Shown in pieces: positions 38,332-47,712 of a stretch of 64,000 nt of DNA. The DNA comes from a virus (Duplodnaviria > Caudoviricetes). A program made the position numbers and the translations under genes. Within the stretch, counting starts at the first letter, position 1; the number at the start of each line of letters is the position of its first letter. The DNA is taken from IMG/VR virus record IMGVR_UViG_3300032030_000016; one strand, given 5' to 3'. Under the pieces are notes generated by a model. That model saw only the letters and a program-made list of their open reading frames with translations, was not told where the DNA came from and did no database searches.

Positions 38332-39105
38332 ATGGAAAAATTTGAATATAATGAAATATTAGACCTTCAAAAACTTCCACAAGAATATAAGGGTGTAAAG
38401 TTTTATCCTTTGCGTATATCAGAAGAAAATATATTTAAAAAGGTAATGCAAACTATAGGTGTTCCAAAATCTTATATCAAAACAGAACCGACAATAATGA
38501 AAATGTCTTATTTAAAGTTTCTATGTTTAATATTAAGAAAAAGAGATGATATAAAAGAAATGTTATTATATATAACAAAAAGCAAAGAAATCAATTTTGA
38601 AGTTTCTTTACGAAAAGGTGCTAATCCTGAAAATTTAAAATATGAAGATATGAATATTACTATTCATATTGATAACATTCCTTTTAATGAAAATGATTTT
38701 GATATTATTAGAGAAATTATTTTAAGACAAAATTATTATAGCACTAAATATATTGAAGAATACGATCCAGAATTAGAAGAATTATTATTATTGAAACAAA
38801 AAGCATTGAAAAAAAGCAACACTTTAATAGATAAAATATTTGTATTATGTTCATTAATGAATAAATTACCTGAAGAAATATCTAATCTTTCGTATTATCA
38901 ATTCTATAAATTATATTATGCATCAACTATGAAAGTTGAAACTCAAATATATCAAGGTTGGATATCTGCTGGATTTATTAGTTTTGAAAAAGGAAAAAAT
39001 TTTACAACATATCTTGATCCTATGCCAGATAGGGCTGGAAGATATGATGATATTAAAATGTCAAAAGAAAGTTTCTTTGATAAAGTTGGAATGAAACCAT
39101 CTTAA
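38332..39105 (+). CDS. hypothetical tail-assembly protein
   Basis: Position; EEISNLSYYQF chaperone-like motif. Confidence 0.5.
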   Translation: MEKFEYNEILDLQKLPQEYKGVKFYPLRISEENIFKKVMQTIGVPKSYIKTEPTIMKMSYLKFLCLILRKRDDIKEMLLYITKSKEINFEVSLRKGANPENLKYEDMNITIHIDNIPFNENDFDIIREIILRQNYYSTKYIEEYDPELEELLLLKQKALKKSNTLIDKIFVLCSLMNKLPEEISNLSYYQFYKLYYASTMKVETQIYQGWISAGFISFEKGKNFTTYLDPMPDRAGRYDDIKMSKESFFDKVGMKPS

Positions 39106-39217
39106 AGAAATTAAAAAAATAGATAAATATATAAAAAAACATATATTTATCAAATAATATAAAAAGATTTTTATCAAATCATTTATATTTAACAACATAA
39201 TAAAAAAGGAGAAACGT

Positions 39218-40249
39218 ATGGAAAATTTTGTTGTTTCCGTTGCACGTGCAATTTTATTTGAACCTTCTACTAATGAGGTTCTTGCTTATGCCACTGCTCT
39301 TAGTGAATCTGCTTTTACTTTAGCAATGCAGTCTCAGGAAATTAGAGGTGGTATTGGTAACACTCTGAAATTCAACTATAAAAATACTCGTACTTTGAAT
39401 ATTTCTTTAACAAATGTTGCTTTCAGTAAATCTTTCTTACCTCTTAACCTTGGTAAAATGAATGCCAACACTGAAATTGCTATCGCTAATGAACAGTGTA
39501 TAGTTCTTTCAGAAACTGGTACTGGTACTCTCGAAAAGGTACCTCTTGGCCCTGTTTCTTATGTTTACGCAAATGGTATTATTGAAACAAAACAGAATCC
39601 TACTCATTCTACTGCTATAGATCTTGGTACCGCTCACGCCAATGAAAAGATTACTGCAATTTATGATTATTCTGATACTATTGATAACTTAACCATTGAT
39701 TCTTCTACACCTCCGAACATTGTTCGACTTGTTATGAATGTTCAGATTCGTAGTAATGAAACTAATGGTATCGTTGAATGGTTACAGTTAGATATTCCTT
39801 CTTTCCAAATTGACGGTAACTATGAATTATCTATGACAGCCGATGGTGTTTCAAGTGAAACTCTGACTGGTATGGCTCTTTCCGTTGCTGGACAACAGTG
39901 TACTGATGGTGATATTTATGGTTACATTAAATATGTTCCAGTAGATGAAGCTACATATGCTGTTTCAAACATCGCTGCAACACCTTCACCTTTAGCTTTA
40001 AAGGCTGGCGAAACTGGTTCTATCAATGTGTATGGCTTACGTGGTTCCATGTATGCTCCACTTTTACTTACAGATGAATGTACATATGAAATGCAAGAAG
40101 GTTCTGATGTTGATATTACTGTAAGTGAAACAGGTATTGTCTCTGTTTCTAGCGCTGCCTCTGCTTCCGACACTGGAACTGTTGTTATTACCTACACCTC
40201 AGGTGATACTTCATACACTGATACTATTGTCGTCAATGTCGTTGAATAA
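39218..40249 (+). CDS. major tail (tube) protein with C-terminal Ig-like domain
   Basis: EIRGGIGN motif, high-expression codons, beta-rich C-terminus. Confidence 0.75.
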   Translation: MENFVVSVARAILFEPSTNEVLAYATALSESAFTLAMQSQEIRGGIGNTLKFNYKNTRTLNISLTNVAFSKSFLPLNLGKMNANTEIAIANEQCIVLSETGTGTLEKVPLGPVSYVYANGIIETKQNPTHSTAIDLGTAHANEKITAIYDYSDTIDNLTIDSSTPPNIVRLVMNVQIRSNETNGIVEWLQLDIPSFQIDGNYELSMTADGVSSETLTGMALSVAGQQCTDGDIYGYIKYVPVDEATYAVSNIAATPSPLALKAGETGSINVYGLRGSMYAPLLLTDECTYEMQEGSDVDITVSETGIVSVSSAASASDTGTVVITYTSGDTSYTDTIVVNVVE

Positions 40250-40440
40250 TGTGTAAATTTTTAATAAAAGAGAACAAAGAGAAAGAAATAAATCCTCTTT
40301 GTTCTCTTTCTCATAAAAAATGTCCATATGCTACATATTGCCAACATATAAAAGATATTAAACTAAAATATACTTGGAGAAGTTGTAGTTTATATTCTGC
40401 TTATTGGAAAGGAAAAATTATTTTTCCTGAATCATCGTAG
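40249..40440 (+). CDS. small Cys-rich protein
   Basis: TAATG overlap; several Cys residues. Confidence 0.5.
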   Translation: MCKFLIKENKEKEINPLCSLSHKKCPYATYCQHIKDIKLKYTWRSCSLYSAYWKGKIIFPESS

Positions 40441-40472
40441 AGTGGATTTCATTTACATCAACGGAGGATTAT

Positions 40473-40769
40473 ATGACAATAGAAGTCATGACCCTAATTA
40501 CTGGAATATCTGTATCATTAGGAATCATCTCTACAATTTTAAATCTTAGAAGGACAAGTAGAGTTGATGCTAAAAATACAATTATAGAAACAGCGAATTT
40601 GAATAATAAAATAGATAATGTTTTGATTGGAATCAGTGAACTGAAGGTTAAACTGAATGCAATGGAAACAGATCAGAAAGATTCTAAAGAGAGAATTATT
40701 ATTCTTGAACAAAAAGTTAAAACATTATCTGAAACAATTGATAAAATGCAAAATATAGATACGAAATGA
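40473..40769 (+). CDS. single-TM coiled-coil protein (holin/XhlA-like)
   Basis: N-terminal TM helix, coiled coil, GGAGG RBS. Confidence 0.55.
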   Translation: MTIEVMTLITGISVSLGIISTILNLRRTSRVDAKNTIIETANLNNKIDNVLIGISELKVKLNAMETDQKDSKERIIILEQKVKTLSETIDKMQNIDTK

Positions 40770-40775
40770 GGAAAT

Positions 40776-40961
40776 GTGAAACTACTCGTTGATAATTTTC
40801 AAATTAAAGCATTATACAAAGACGGTGCTTTTTATAATATGAATAATGAAAAAATTGATGATTCTAAAATAAAAAAAGTTATTTTAGATTTTAATGATTT
40901 TAAAGAAATTTTACAATCACAGCAAGAAAAAAAGATGAAAAAGAAAATAAAGGATGAGTAA
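40776..40961 (+). CDS. hypothetical protein
   Basis: GAGGA RBS with GTG start. Confidence 0.5.
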   Translation: MKLLVDNFQIKALYKDGAFYNMNNEKIDDSKIKKVILDFNDFKEILQSQQEKKMKKKIKDE

Positions 40962-40973
40962 TAGTAATATTGT

Positions 40974-41165
40974 ATGAAAAATATTAATTTATTATGTCCT
41001 ATATGTGGACATCCCTTGATTATAACAAAATTAGATGATATGGAAACCTTGTATTGTCAAAAATGTAAAGAAGAGGTATATGAGGAAGACATATATGAAA
41101 GTAGAAGAGAACAGACCTATAAAGATAACAATAGACGAAAATCTCTTGAATGCTTATTACAATGA
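40974..41165 (+). CDS. small Zn-finger protein
   Basis: CPICG...YCQKC. Confidence 0.55.
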   Translation: MKNINLLCPICGHPLIITKLDDMETLYCQKCKEEVYEEDIYESRREQTYKDNNRRKSLECLLQ

Positions 41166-41562
41166 TTACTATTTTATAAAATATCCAAAAAGAAAAAAGA
41201 AACCAATAAAAGAACCAACTTTTCCGACATTGAATTCTTGGATGATTTTAAAAAGAATGGCTATGAACCATTTAAAACAGCAATGGAAAGAATTTGGAGA
41301 ATGGATTATAAATTATTATGGATATAATGACATGAATATAGATGAATGTTCCATATTGATTGAACATACATTTAAAACAAAAAGAAGAAGAGACCCGGAT
41401 AATTATATTCCAAAATTTTTTTTAGATGCAATGGTTTCAAGCAAAATAATAACGGATGATTCAATGAATGTTATAAAACAATTGAGTTTGTCTTGTATAA
41501 ATGGTAAGGAAAATAAGATAGAGATAATCATTTTTCCTTACCATTTTTTTAAAATAATATAA
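41095..41562 (+). CDS. RusA-like Holliday junction resolvase
   Basis: RRRDPDNY..KFFLDAM...ITDDS. Confidence 0.8.
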   Translation: MKVEENRPIKITIDENLLNAYYNDYYFIKYPKRKKKPIKEPTFPTLNSWMILKRMAMNHLKQQWKEFGEWIINYYGYNDMNIDECSILIEHTFKTKRRRDPDNYIPKFFLDAMVSSKIITDDSMNVIKQLSLSCINGKENKIEIIIFPYHFFKII

Positions 41563-41594
41563 TTAATAAAACCGTAATTTTATAAAGGAATAAA

Positions 41595-43631
41595 ATGGCA
41601 AATAGTATAAATTTTTCAGAATATGGATTTTTGGATGAAATTCTTGCCTTAACAGAAGATAACTGGCGCAAATACTTTAAACCCGTCATGTATGATAGTG
41701 TACAAAGTGGTTTACAAGTTACTGCTGGGTCTGGCATGACATTTAACATCTCATCTGGCGAATGTCGATGTGGTGCTGTCATGGGTATTTTAAATGGAGC
41801 TGCTTCTTTGTCTATTGATGCTGGTAGTTCTAATGCAAGAATTGATTCAATTGTCGCACAATATGAATATGGTGATACATCCATATTATCATTAACAGTC
41901 GTAAAAGGCACACCGAGTTCTTCTCCTGTTGCGCCTACATTAACAAAAACGTTTAATACATTGTGGCAAATGGAACTTGCTCAAATAGCTGTTCCTGCAA
42001 ATGCAACATCTGCCTCACAGTGCACAATCACTGATAAAAGAGTTATTTACACATCTATTGATTCTGTTATCAATCCTATTTTAGAAGACATAGATACAAT
42101 TAATGACGAAATAGTTTCTATTACAACGAATATAGATACAATCAATGATGAAATAATCTCTATTACAGCAAATATAGATACAATTAATAATGAAATAGTT
42201 TCTATTACAACAAATATTGATACAATTAATGATGAAATAATTTCTATTACAACAAATGTTGATGCAATTAATGATGAAATCACTACAATTAATGATAAAA
42301 TAGATACAGTAATTACAGGAGAGTTTTCAACATCAACCGCATACAACATAGGTGATTATGTTATTTACAATAATACATTATATCGTTTTACATTCACACA
42401 TCCAGCAGGCGAATGGAATAATAATCATGTTGTTGCAGTAACTATTGGCAGTGAACTTAAAAATATCAATAGAGAATTAAATTTAACATATCAACAAATA
42501 TCTGAAATTGTTAAATCTGGTCTTGCTGACCAGTATTTTAATATTGGAGATCAAATTATTGTCAAGTGGAATAATGGAAGCACAGATTATGACCTTCCTT
42601 TTGATATTGTGGCTATGAGAGATGTTGTAAATGCCGATGGAAGTACTGTTCCCGGAATGATATTACAAGCACATTGGGTATTACCCGGAGTGCAGTTTGA
42701 TGCATCTGAAGCTTCTTATGTTGCCAGTGCTATTATTCCAGCAGGAACACACTATATTGAAATTGGTCAAAATTGGGGTAATAACTGTAAAGCTAATTAT
42801 AAATATGAATTTACAACAACACAAGATGTTCCAGTAAATGGTCAAATCGTAATGACAAGAAGTGGAAGTAATCAATACACATGGGGAGCACCAGACCAAA
42901 ATCCGTCAACTTGGGTTGTTTATACATTTGCTTCCAATGCCTCGACAACACCAATAGAAGGGCCTTTGTCTTTAACAGAATATACAAATGAACAAACTCC
43001 TTCAAGTACGAGTCTTGGTACTTTGCTTCAAAATACAAAATATAGTTTAAATGGAATTAACAATTTACAAAGAGCTGCATATGGTTATAATAGATGGTCT
43101 CAAAGTGCAATGAGACAATGGTTGAATAGTAATGCTGTTGCTGGTTCATGGTGGGAACCCAAAAATCCCTTTGATAGACAACCACAACAACTTTCATCTA
43201 TGCGCGGATTTATGGCAGGGTTCGACAGTGATTTCCTTAGTGTAATTAAACCAGTTACTGTTACTACTGCATTAAATACGATTAGTGATACTGAAATTGG
43301 TACATCAGAAACTACAATAGATACATTCTTCTGCGCTTCTCTTGAAGAGGAATATTGTGTACCTCAATTAGCTGGAGTAGAAGGTGCATATTGGCCTTAT
43401 TGGAAAGAAAGACTTGAACTTGATTCTCCACAGGCTTCTGGTGCAGATAATGCTAATGTTAATCATATAAGATATTTAATCAGCAATCATTCTTCTGCTC
43501 AGCACGTTCGTCTGCGTTCAGCCTATCGTGGCACCGCTTATAGCACGTGGTTTGTGTCCACGACTGGCTACGTCATCAGCATCAACGCCACGACCTCGTT
43601 TGGTTCGTGCCCGGCTTGCGTCATCTGCTAA
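41595..43631 (+). CDS. DGR target protein: fibre/receptor-binding-like, with coiled-coil repeats, CBM-like module and C-type-lectin-like (DUF6273-like) C-terminus
   Basis: VR at the 3' end; NRWSQSAMRQWLNS; VRLRSA...CPACVIC; YNIGDYVIYNNTLY. Confidence 0.88.
   Translation: MANSINFSEYGFLDEILALTEDNWRKYFKPVMYDSVQSGLQVTAGSGMTFNISSGECRCGAVMGILNGAASLSIDAGSSNARIDSIVAQYEYGDTSILSLTVVKGTPSSSPVAPTLTKTFNTLWQMELAQIAVPANATSASQCTITDKRVIYTSIDSVINPILEDIDTINDEIVSITTNIDTINDEIISITANIDTINNEIVSITTNIDTINDEIISITTNVDAINDEITTINDKIDTVITGEFSTSTAYNIGDYVIYNNTLYRFTFTHPAGEWNNNHVVAVTIGSELKNINRELNLTYQQISEIVKSGLADQYFNIGDQIIVKWNNGSTDYDLPFDIVAMRDVVNADGSTVPGMILQAHWVLPGVQFDASEASYVASAIIPAGTHYIEIGQNWGNNCKANYKYEFTTTQDVPVNGQIVMTRSGSNQYTWGAPDQNPSTWVVYTFASNASTTPIEGPLSLTEYTNEQTPSSTSLGTLLQNTKYSLNGINNLQRAAYGYNRWSQSAMRQWLNSNAVAGSWWEPKNPFDRQPQQLSSMRGFMAGFDSDFLSVIKPVTVTTALNTISDTEIGTSETTIDTFFCASLEEEYCVPQLAGVEGAYWPYWKERLELDSPQASGADNANVNHIRYLISNHSSAQHVRLRSAYRGTAYSTWFVSTTGYVISINATTSFGSCPACVIC
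42090..42308 (+). repeat. 42-bp tandem repeat (about 5 copies; IDTINDEIVSITTN double heptad)
   Basis: Units start at 42090, 42132, 42174, 42216, 42258. Confidence 0.9.
43498..43618 (+). repeat. DGR variable repeat (VR)
   Basis: 121-bp ungapped match to 44126-44246; 17 mismatches, all at TR adenines. Confidence 0.97.
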
Positions 43632-43638
43632 TCTAACA

Positions 43639-43664
43639 ATCTGTCGCCTTCAATGGCGACAGAT
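43639..43664 (+). promoter_or_regulatory. DGR target-recognition hairpin downstream of VR
   Basis: ATCTGTCGCC-TTCAAT-GGCGACAGAT, 10-bp stem, 7 nt after the target stop codon. Confidence 0.85.
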
Positions 43665-43686
43665 AAAAAAGAAAGAAGGATATAAC

Positions 43687-44100
43687 ATGTCCGTTCCAAA
43701 AGATAGAAGAGTAGAAGGTGAATTAACCGTTAACACAATGGCTAGGTCAATATGTGCTTATGTTATTCAAATATTAGGAAATGAAAAAAATTTTCCAGTA
43801 GAACAAACATGGCTTACAAATCAATTGCGAAACACAGCAGTGCATATAGATGTATGTTGTTGGAAAGCAAACAATATTTATGTAAAACAATCTCAATTTC
43901 TCTACGAGAAGAGGATGAAACTCGAAGAAGAGGCAGGAGATGCGTGTAATGTAATGTTAGAACTTATTAATATTGCTAAACAAGTATATCATATGCCAAC
44001 AAAAAGATATCGTTATCTTAGCAATCAATATGTGGAATTACGTAAAAAAATTCGCAATTGGTATAAATCAGATAAAGTGCGGTTGAAACCAACCGTTTAA
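43687..44100 (+). CDS. avd: DGR accessory variability determinant (four-helix bundle)
   Basis: 137 aa basic helical protein between VR and TR; MSVPKDRR start after AAGGA RBS. Confidence 0.85.
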   Translation: MSVPKDRRVEGELTVNTMARSICAYVIQILGNEKNFPVEQTWLTNQLRNTAVHIDVCCWKANNIYVKQSQFLYEKRMKLEEEAGDACNVMLELINIAKQVYHMPTKRYRYLSNQYVELRKKIRNWYKSDKVRLKPTV

Positions 44101-44125
44101 CTTTTATTGGGCTGTAGGTTATCGT

Positions 44126-44246
44126 CTCAGAACGTTCGTCTGCGTTCAGCCAATCGTGGCAACGCTAATAACACGTGGAATGTGAACACGACTGGCAACG
44201 TCAACAACAACAACGCCACGAACTCGAATGGTTCGTGCCCGGATTG
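44126..44246 (+). repeat. DGR template repeat (TR)
   Basis: Noncoding; 14 AAY codons in the VR frame. Confidence 0.97.
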
Positions 44247-44325
44247 TAATTATTAATGACATTATAAATTGATTTACTCACAGAGCAAATAGTTATTACA
44301 ATATTGCAAGGAACCGAATGTCCCA

Positions 44326-44396
44326 GCCAGAAATGGCAAAACAATATTAATATGACATCAGCGACTTTCGAGCCGGGCTGATTATAAGCATATTAA
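44326..44396 (+). ncRNA. structured 3' spacer of the DGR template RNA
   Basis: GCCA-GAAA-TGGC hairpin; TTAATATG/CATATTAA and ATCAGC/GCTGAT stems around a TTCG loop. Confidence 0.55.
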
Positions 44397-44405
44397 AAGG
44401 ATTTT

Positions 44406-45437
44406 ATGGAAAATATAGAAGAAAAAGTAATCGGATTTGATGCGTTATATCAATCAATGTGGAAATGTTTAAAAGGTGTTTTATGGAAAGATTCTGTTGC
44501 AAGTTTCTATCTTCGTGCTGGCGAAAATGTTTCTAAACTTGCAACAGAATTAGAAAATGGAACATATAAAGCAAGACCACCAATGCATTTTACAATAACG
44601 TCACCAAAACCACGTGAAATCGCATCTGTAGCATTTCGTGATAGAGTTTATCAAAGAAGTTTAAATGATAATATTGTATATCCAACAATGACAAAGAGCT
44701 TTATTTATGATAACTTTGCGTGCCAAAAAGGAAAAGGAACAGACGAAGCAAGAAATAGATTGAAAAAATTTATTAGAAAATGCTATAGGATGTATGGTAC
44801 AAATTTATTTGTTTGTCAATTTGACATTCATGGTTACTATCCTAATATGGATCATAAATTAACTGAAGAAATGTTTCAAAAGAAACTTGACCCTTGGAGT
44901 TATAAACAGGTACAAAAAATTCTTAATGAACAATATGAAGGAGAAAAAGGATATAACCCCGGAAGTCAACTTGTGCAAATAGCTGGAATATCCATGCTTG
45001 ATGGGATGGATCATTTTATCAAAGAAAAATTACATGCAAAATTTTATATTCGATATATGGATGATTTTATTATAATACATAATAATATAGAAACAATGCA
45101 AAAATGGAAAAATGAAATTGAACATTATTTAAATAATTTGAAATTTGAAATAAATCCAAAAAAAACAAAAATTTATTCAATTAGTAAAAAGATAAAATTT
45201 CTTGGTTTCCAATTTTCAGTGACCGAAACAGGCAAAGTATTGATGCAAATACTTCCTGAAAATGTTAAAAGAGAACGAAAAAAATTATATAGGCTTGTAA
45301 AAAAATGTAAAAAGGGAGGAATCCCAAAATCATCTGTAGATAATTCTTATGAAGCATGGAAAAACCATGCGTCAAAGGGAAATAATTACAAACTCCTTTG
45401 CCGAATGGATAAATATTATAGATCATTATGGGAATAA
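44406..45437 (+). CDS. DGR reverse transcriptase
   Basis: PKPREI, FRDRVYQ, ACQKGKGT, DIHGYYPN, GYNPGSQLVQ, YIRYMDDF, FLGF. Confidence 0.96.
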   Translation: MENIEEKVIGFDALYQSMWKCLKGVLWKDSVASFYLRAGENVSKLATELENGTYKARPPMHFTITSPKPREIASVAFRDRVYQRSLNDNIVYPTMTKSFIYDNFACQKGKGTDEARNRLKKFIRKCYRMYGTNLFVCQFDIHGYYPNMDHKLTEEMFQKKLDPWSYKQVQKILNEQYEGEKGYNPGSQLVQIAGISMLDGMDHFIKEKLHAKFYIRYMDDFIIIHNNIETMQKWKNEIEHYLNNLKFEINPKKTKIYSISKKIKFLGFQFSVTETGKVLMQILPENVKRERKKLYRLVKKCKKGGIPKSSVDNSYEAWKNHASKGNNYKLLCRMDKYYRSLWE

Positions 45438-45616
45438 AAATTATGAGAAAAAGTTTAACTCCATCAGAACAGGCGAAATTAGATAATGCAAATGCTGGTG
45501 TTTTTTCAAATATTAGCATCGAAGATCTAATGAATGCCTTAATTGAACTTGGTGAAATGGCATCTGAACAAGATGATGCTATTGTCGAGTTAGCAGAATT
45601 AATAGAAGAGGGATAA
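45428..45616 (+). CDS. small acidic protein (fibre-chaperone-like)
   Basis: ALIELGE...AIVELAE; overlaps the RT stop. Confidence 0.6.
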   Translation: MGIKIMRKSLTPSEQAKLDNANAGVFSNISIEDLMNALIELGEMASEQDDAIVELAELIEEG

Positions 45617-45617
45617 T

Positions 45618-45734
45618 ATGGCAAAAATTTACTACAACAGAATTAAAGCAGGTATCATGACCCTTGAAGATGTTCCTGCGCGTTGGCGCGAAGCTGTGCG
45701 AAAGATGTTAGAAGATGAAACAGGAAATGAATAA
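45618..45734 (+). CDS. small CD1375/XkdX-like phage protein (38 aa)
   Basis: Manually translated MAKIYYNRIKAGIMTLEDVPARWREAVRKMLEDETGNE. Confidence 0.7.
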   Translation: MAKIYYNRIKAGIMTLEDVPARWREAVRKMLEDETGNE

Positions 45735-45892
45735 TGAAAGATAGTGTTGTTCTTTCTACAAACGAAGTAAGAGAGATACTTTCTGATTATTTTAATATTC
45801 CAATTGAAGATGTTTTTAGAGCAAAATATTCTTTTGTTATTGTTGTTGATGAAGAATTGAAAAAAATGATAAAAGAACATCGGGAATTATAA
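45734..45892 (+). CDS. hypothetical protein (52 aa)
   Basis: TAATG overlap; MKDSVVLSTNEVREILSDYF... Confidence 0.5.
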   Translation: MKDSVVLSTNEVREILSDYFNIPIEDVFRAKYSFVIVVDEELKKMIKEHREL

Positions 45893-45931
45893 AATTCTAA
45901 TAATATAAATTTAGCAAAATGTTTCAATATT

Positions 45932-45966
45932 AAAATAGCTCTATTAAAAAGCAATAGAGCTATTTT
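45932..45966 (+). terminator. intrinsic terminator after the DGR block
   Basis: AAAATAGCTCTATT-7nt-AATAGAGCTATTTT plus T tract. Confidence 0.7.
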
Positions 45967-45999
45967 TTATAAAAAAAGAAACAAAAAATAAAATACACA

Positions 46000-46074
46000 T
46001 TTTATTGAAAAAAATGATAAAAAAAATGCTTGAAGTACTGCACTTTTTTTATGTCATATTCTAATAAAAATGAT
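46000..46074 (+). promoter_or_regulatory. dyad motif copy 2
   Basis: 46036-46074 matches 63360-63398 at 36/39 positions; degenerate left arm. Confidence 0.6.
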
Positions 46075-46108
46075 ATAAAGAATAGAATATTACAGAAAGG
46101 AGGTTAAA

Positions 46109-47131
46109 TTGAAACAACCGTATAATAAGTTCTCGAATGAAGAATATAAACAAGTTCCAAAAGAAAATAAAGAAATAGCTGAAGATTTTTTATTATCTTT
46201 GAAAGGTGAAAAAACTGCACAAACAATTAGGGTATATACTAATAATTGTAAAATTATATTGATTATTATGTATAGGCTTTTTGGAGAGAAAAAAATAGTT
46301 CAACTTGTAAAAAAAGATTTAGTTAAAATGCGTGTTTATATGTTAGAAGATTTAAAATTATCAACAGCAAGAGTAAATATTATTTATTCAACATTGAGAA
46401 TGTTGATGTTATTTGCAGAAGAAGACCCTGAATACAGCAAAGATTTAGAAACACAATTTATTTCATGTGGAAGTAAAGTTAAAGGATTGCCAAAACAACC
46501 TGTAAGAGATGAATCAATGTTTTTTATGTCTTATGATTTAATTATAAAGATAAAAGATAAATTATTAGAAGATAATAATATACAAGGCGCACTTATTCAT
46601 ATGATGCTGTATGAATCGGCCTGTAGAAGAAATGAACTTATTCAAATAAAAAAAGACGGATTATTGAAAAGCAATTGGACAAATGAAGTCATTGGTAAGG
46701 GGAGGAAAAAGTTTAAACTTAGCTATCAGAATGATATAAAGCCATTAATAAAACAATGGTTAGATAGTAGAGATGATGATTGTCCTTATTTATTTATAAA
46801 AACAAAAAATGATAAAGCAGAACCAATGACAGCAGAAGATGTTTATTGTTTTGTATCAACAAAAATTAGAAATATTGCAACTGATATTGAAGGAAAAGAT
46901 AATGGATATACTTGCCATTCATATCGACATTCAAGATTAAACAATCTTCTTCACGGCACAGATTTAAGTTATATTGATAAAAATGGTAATCCTAAAAAAA
47001 TGGATATTAATGATTTAAGACTTTTAGCAAATCATAATGACATTTCAACTACATCTGGATATGTACAAACATCAACAACTGAAGTTCTCAATGAATTGTT
47101 TGGTTTTGATGAGGAAGAAGATAATGACTAA
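46109..47131 (+). CDS. tyrosine recombinase (YomM-like)
   Basis: ESACRRNEL (R), GKG (K), HSYRHS, LANH..ISTTSGY. Confidence 0.9.
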   Translation: MKQPYNKFSNEEYKQVPKENKEIAEDFLLSLKGEKTAQTIRVYTNNCKIILIIMYRLFGEKKIVQLVKKDLVKMRVYMLEDLKLSTARVNIIYSTLRMLMLFAEEDPEYSKDLETQFISCGSKVKGLPKQPVRDESMFFMSYDLIIKIKDKLLEDNNIQGALIHMMLYESACRRNELIQIKKDGLLKSNWTNEVIGKGRKKFKLSYQNDIKPLIKQWLDSRDDDCPYLFIKTKNDKAEPMTAEDVYCFVSTKIRNIATDIEGKDNGYTCHSYRHSRLNNLLHGTDLSYIDKNGNPKKMDINDLRLLANHNDISTTSGYVQTSTTEVLNELFGFDEEEDND

Positions 47132-47396
47132 AAGACAAAAACAAGTATTACGTTTTTCAAAAATAATCATAATTATTGTCATTGTAATAGTTTTTATTTT
47201 TACAGGTAGTGTTTTGTATATTTTTAATAATAAAGGAGCTGAACCAACTGCAATTATAGCTGCATTTTTTGCTTTTATGACTGGTGAAATTTTAGCTTTA
47301 GCAAAATTAAAATTGGCTGAAATATCAGCCGAAATATCAAATAAAAAAATAAAAAATAATATAAAAGAAGAGGAAAAAGATGGAGATAGTATCTAA
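47124..47396 (+). CDS. two-TM membrane protein (holin-like)
   Basis: Two hydrophobic helices; start moved to MTKRQ. Confidence 0.6.
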   Translation: MTKRQKQVLRFSKIIIIIVIVIVFIFTGSVLYIFNNKGAEPTAIIAAFFAFMTGEILALAKLKLAEISAEISNKKIKNNIKEEEKDGDSI

Positions 47397-47700
47397 CGTT
47401 TTACAAATTGTTTTGGATTATTTGTTGCCACTTGGCGTTGCGACACTTGTTGGTTATGTTATTGTAAAAATAAAACCATTCCTTGAAGATAAAACAACAA
47501 AAAATATTGTATCTATTCTTGTAGGAGCAGCTGAACAACTATACGAAGCTGGTCATGGTGAAGAAAAATTGAATTATGTTTTAAGTAAAGCAGAAGAATG
47601 GTTAAGACAATATCGTATTAATATTGATATGCAAAAACTTCGTGCGTTAATTGAAGCAGAGGTTTTAAAAATCAACATTGAGAAGAAATTAGTTGACTAA
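47380..47700 (+). CDS. holin, LL-H family
   Basis: N-terminal TM helix; VGAAEQLY...GEEKLNYV...IEAEV. Confidence 0.82.
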   Translation: MEIVSNVLQIVLDYLLPLGVATLVGYVIVKIKPFLEDKTTKNIVSILVGAAEQLYEAGHGEEKLNYVLSKAEEWLRQYRINIDMQKLRALIEAEVLKINIEKKLVD

Positions 47701-47712
47701 ATTATGATAGAT

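Larger units (their letters stand above)
43498..45437 (+). mobile_element. diversity-generating retroelement (VR-hairpin-avd-TR-RT)
   Basis: All components present in canonical order. Confidence 0.96.

Noticed and set aside
42090-42308. CRISPR array
   Set aside because: Contiguous in-frame 42-bp coding repeats without spacers.
43528-43686. N-terminal extension of Avd as given in the ORF track
   Set aside because: Overlaps VR and the hairpin; the RBS-supported ATG is at 43687.
44406-45437. Group II intron or retron RT
   Set aside because: No maturase/endonuclease extension; the adjacent TR/VR pair and avd identify it as a DGR RT.
46109-47131. Calling the recombinase the prophage integrase
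   Set aside because: It lies within the late region like SPbeta yomM; no att junction or host genes are visible in the window.
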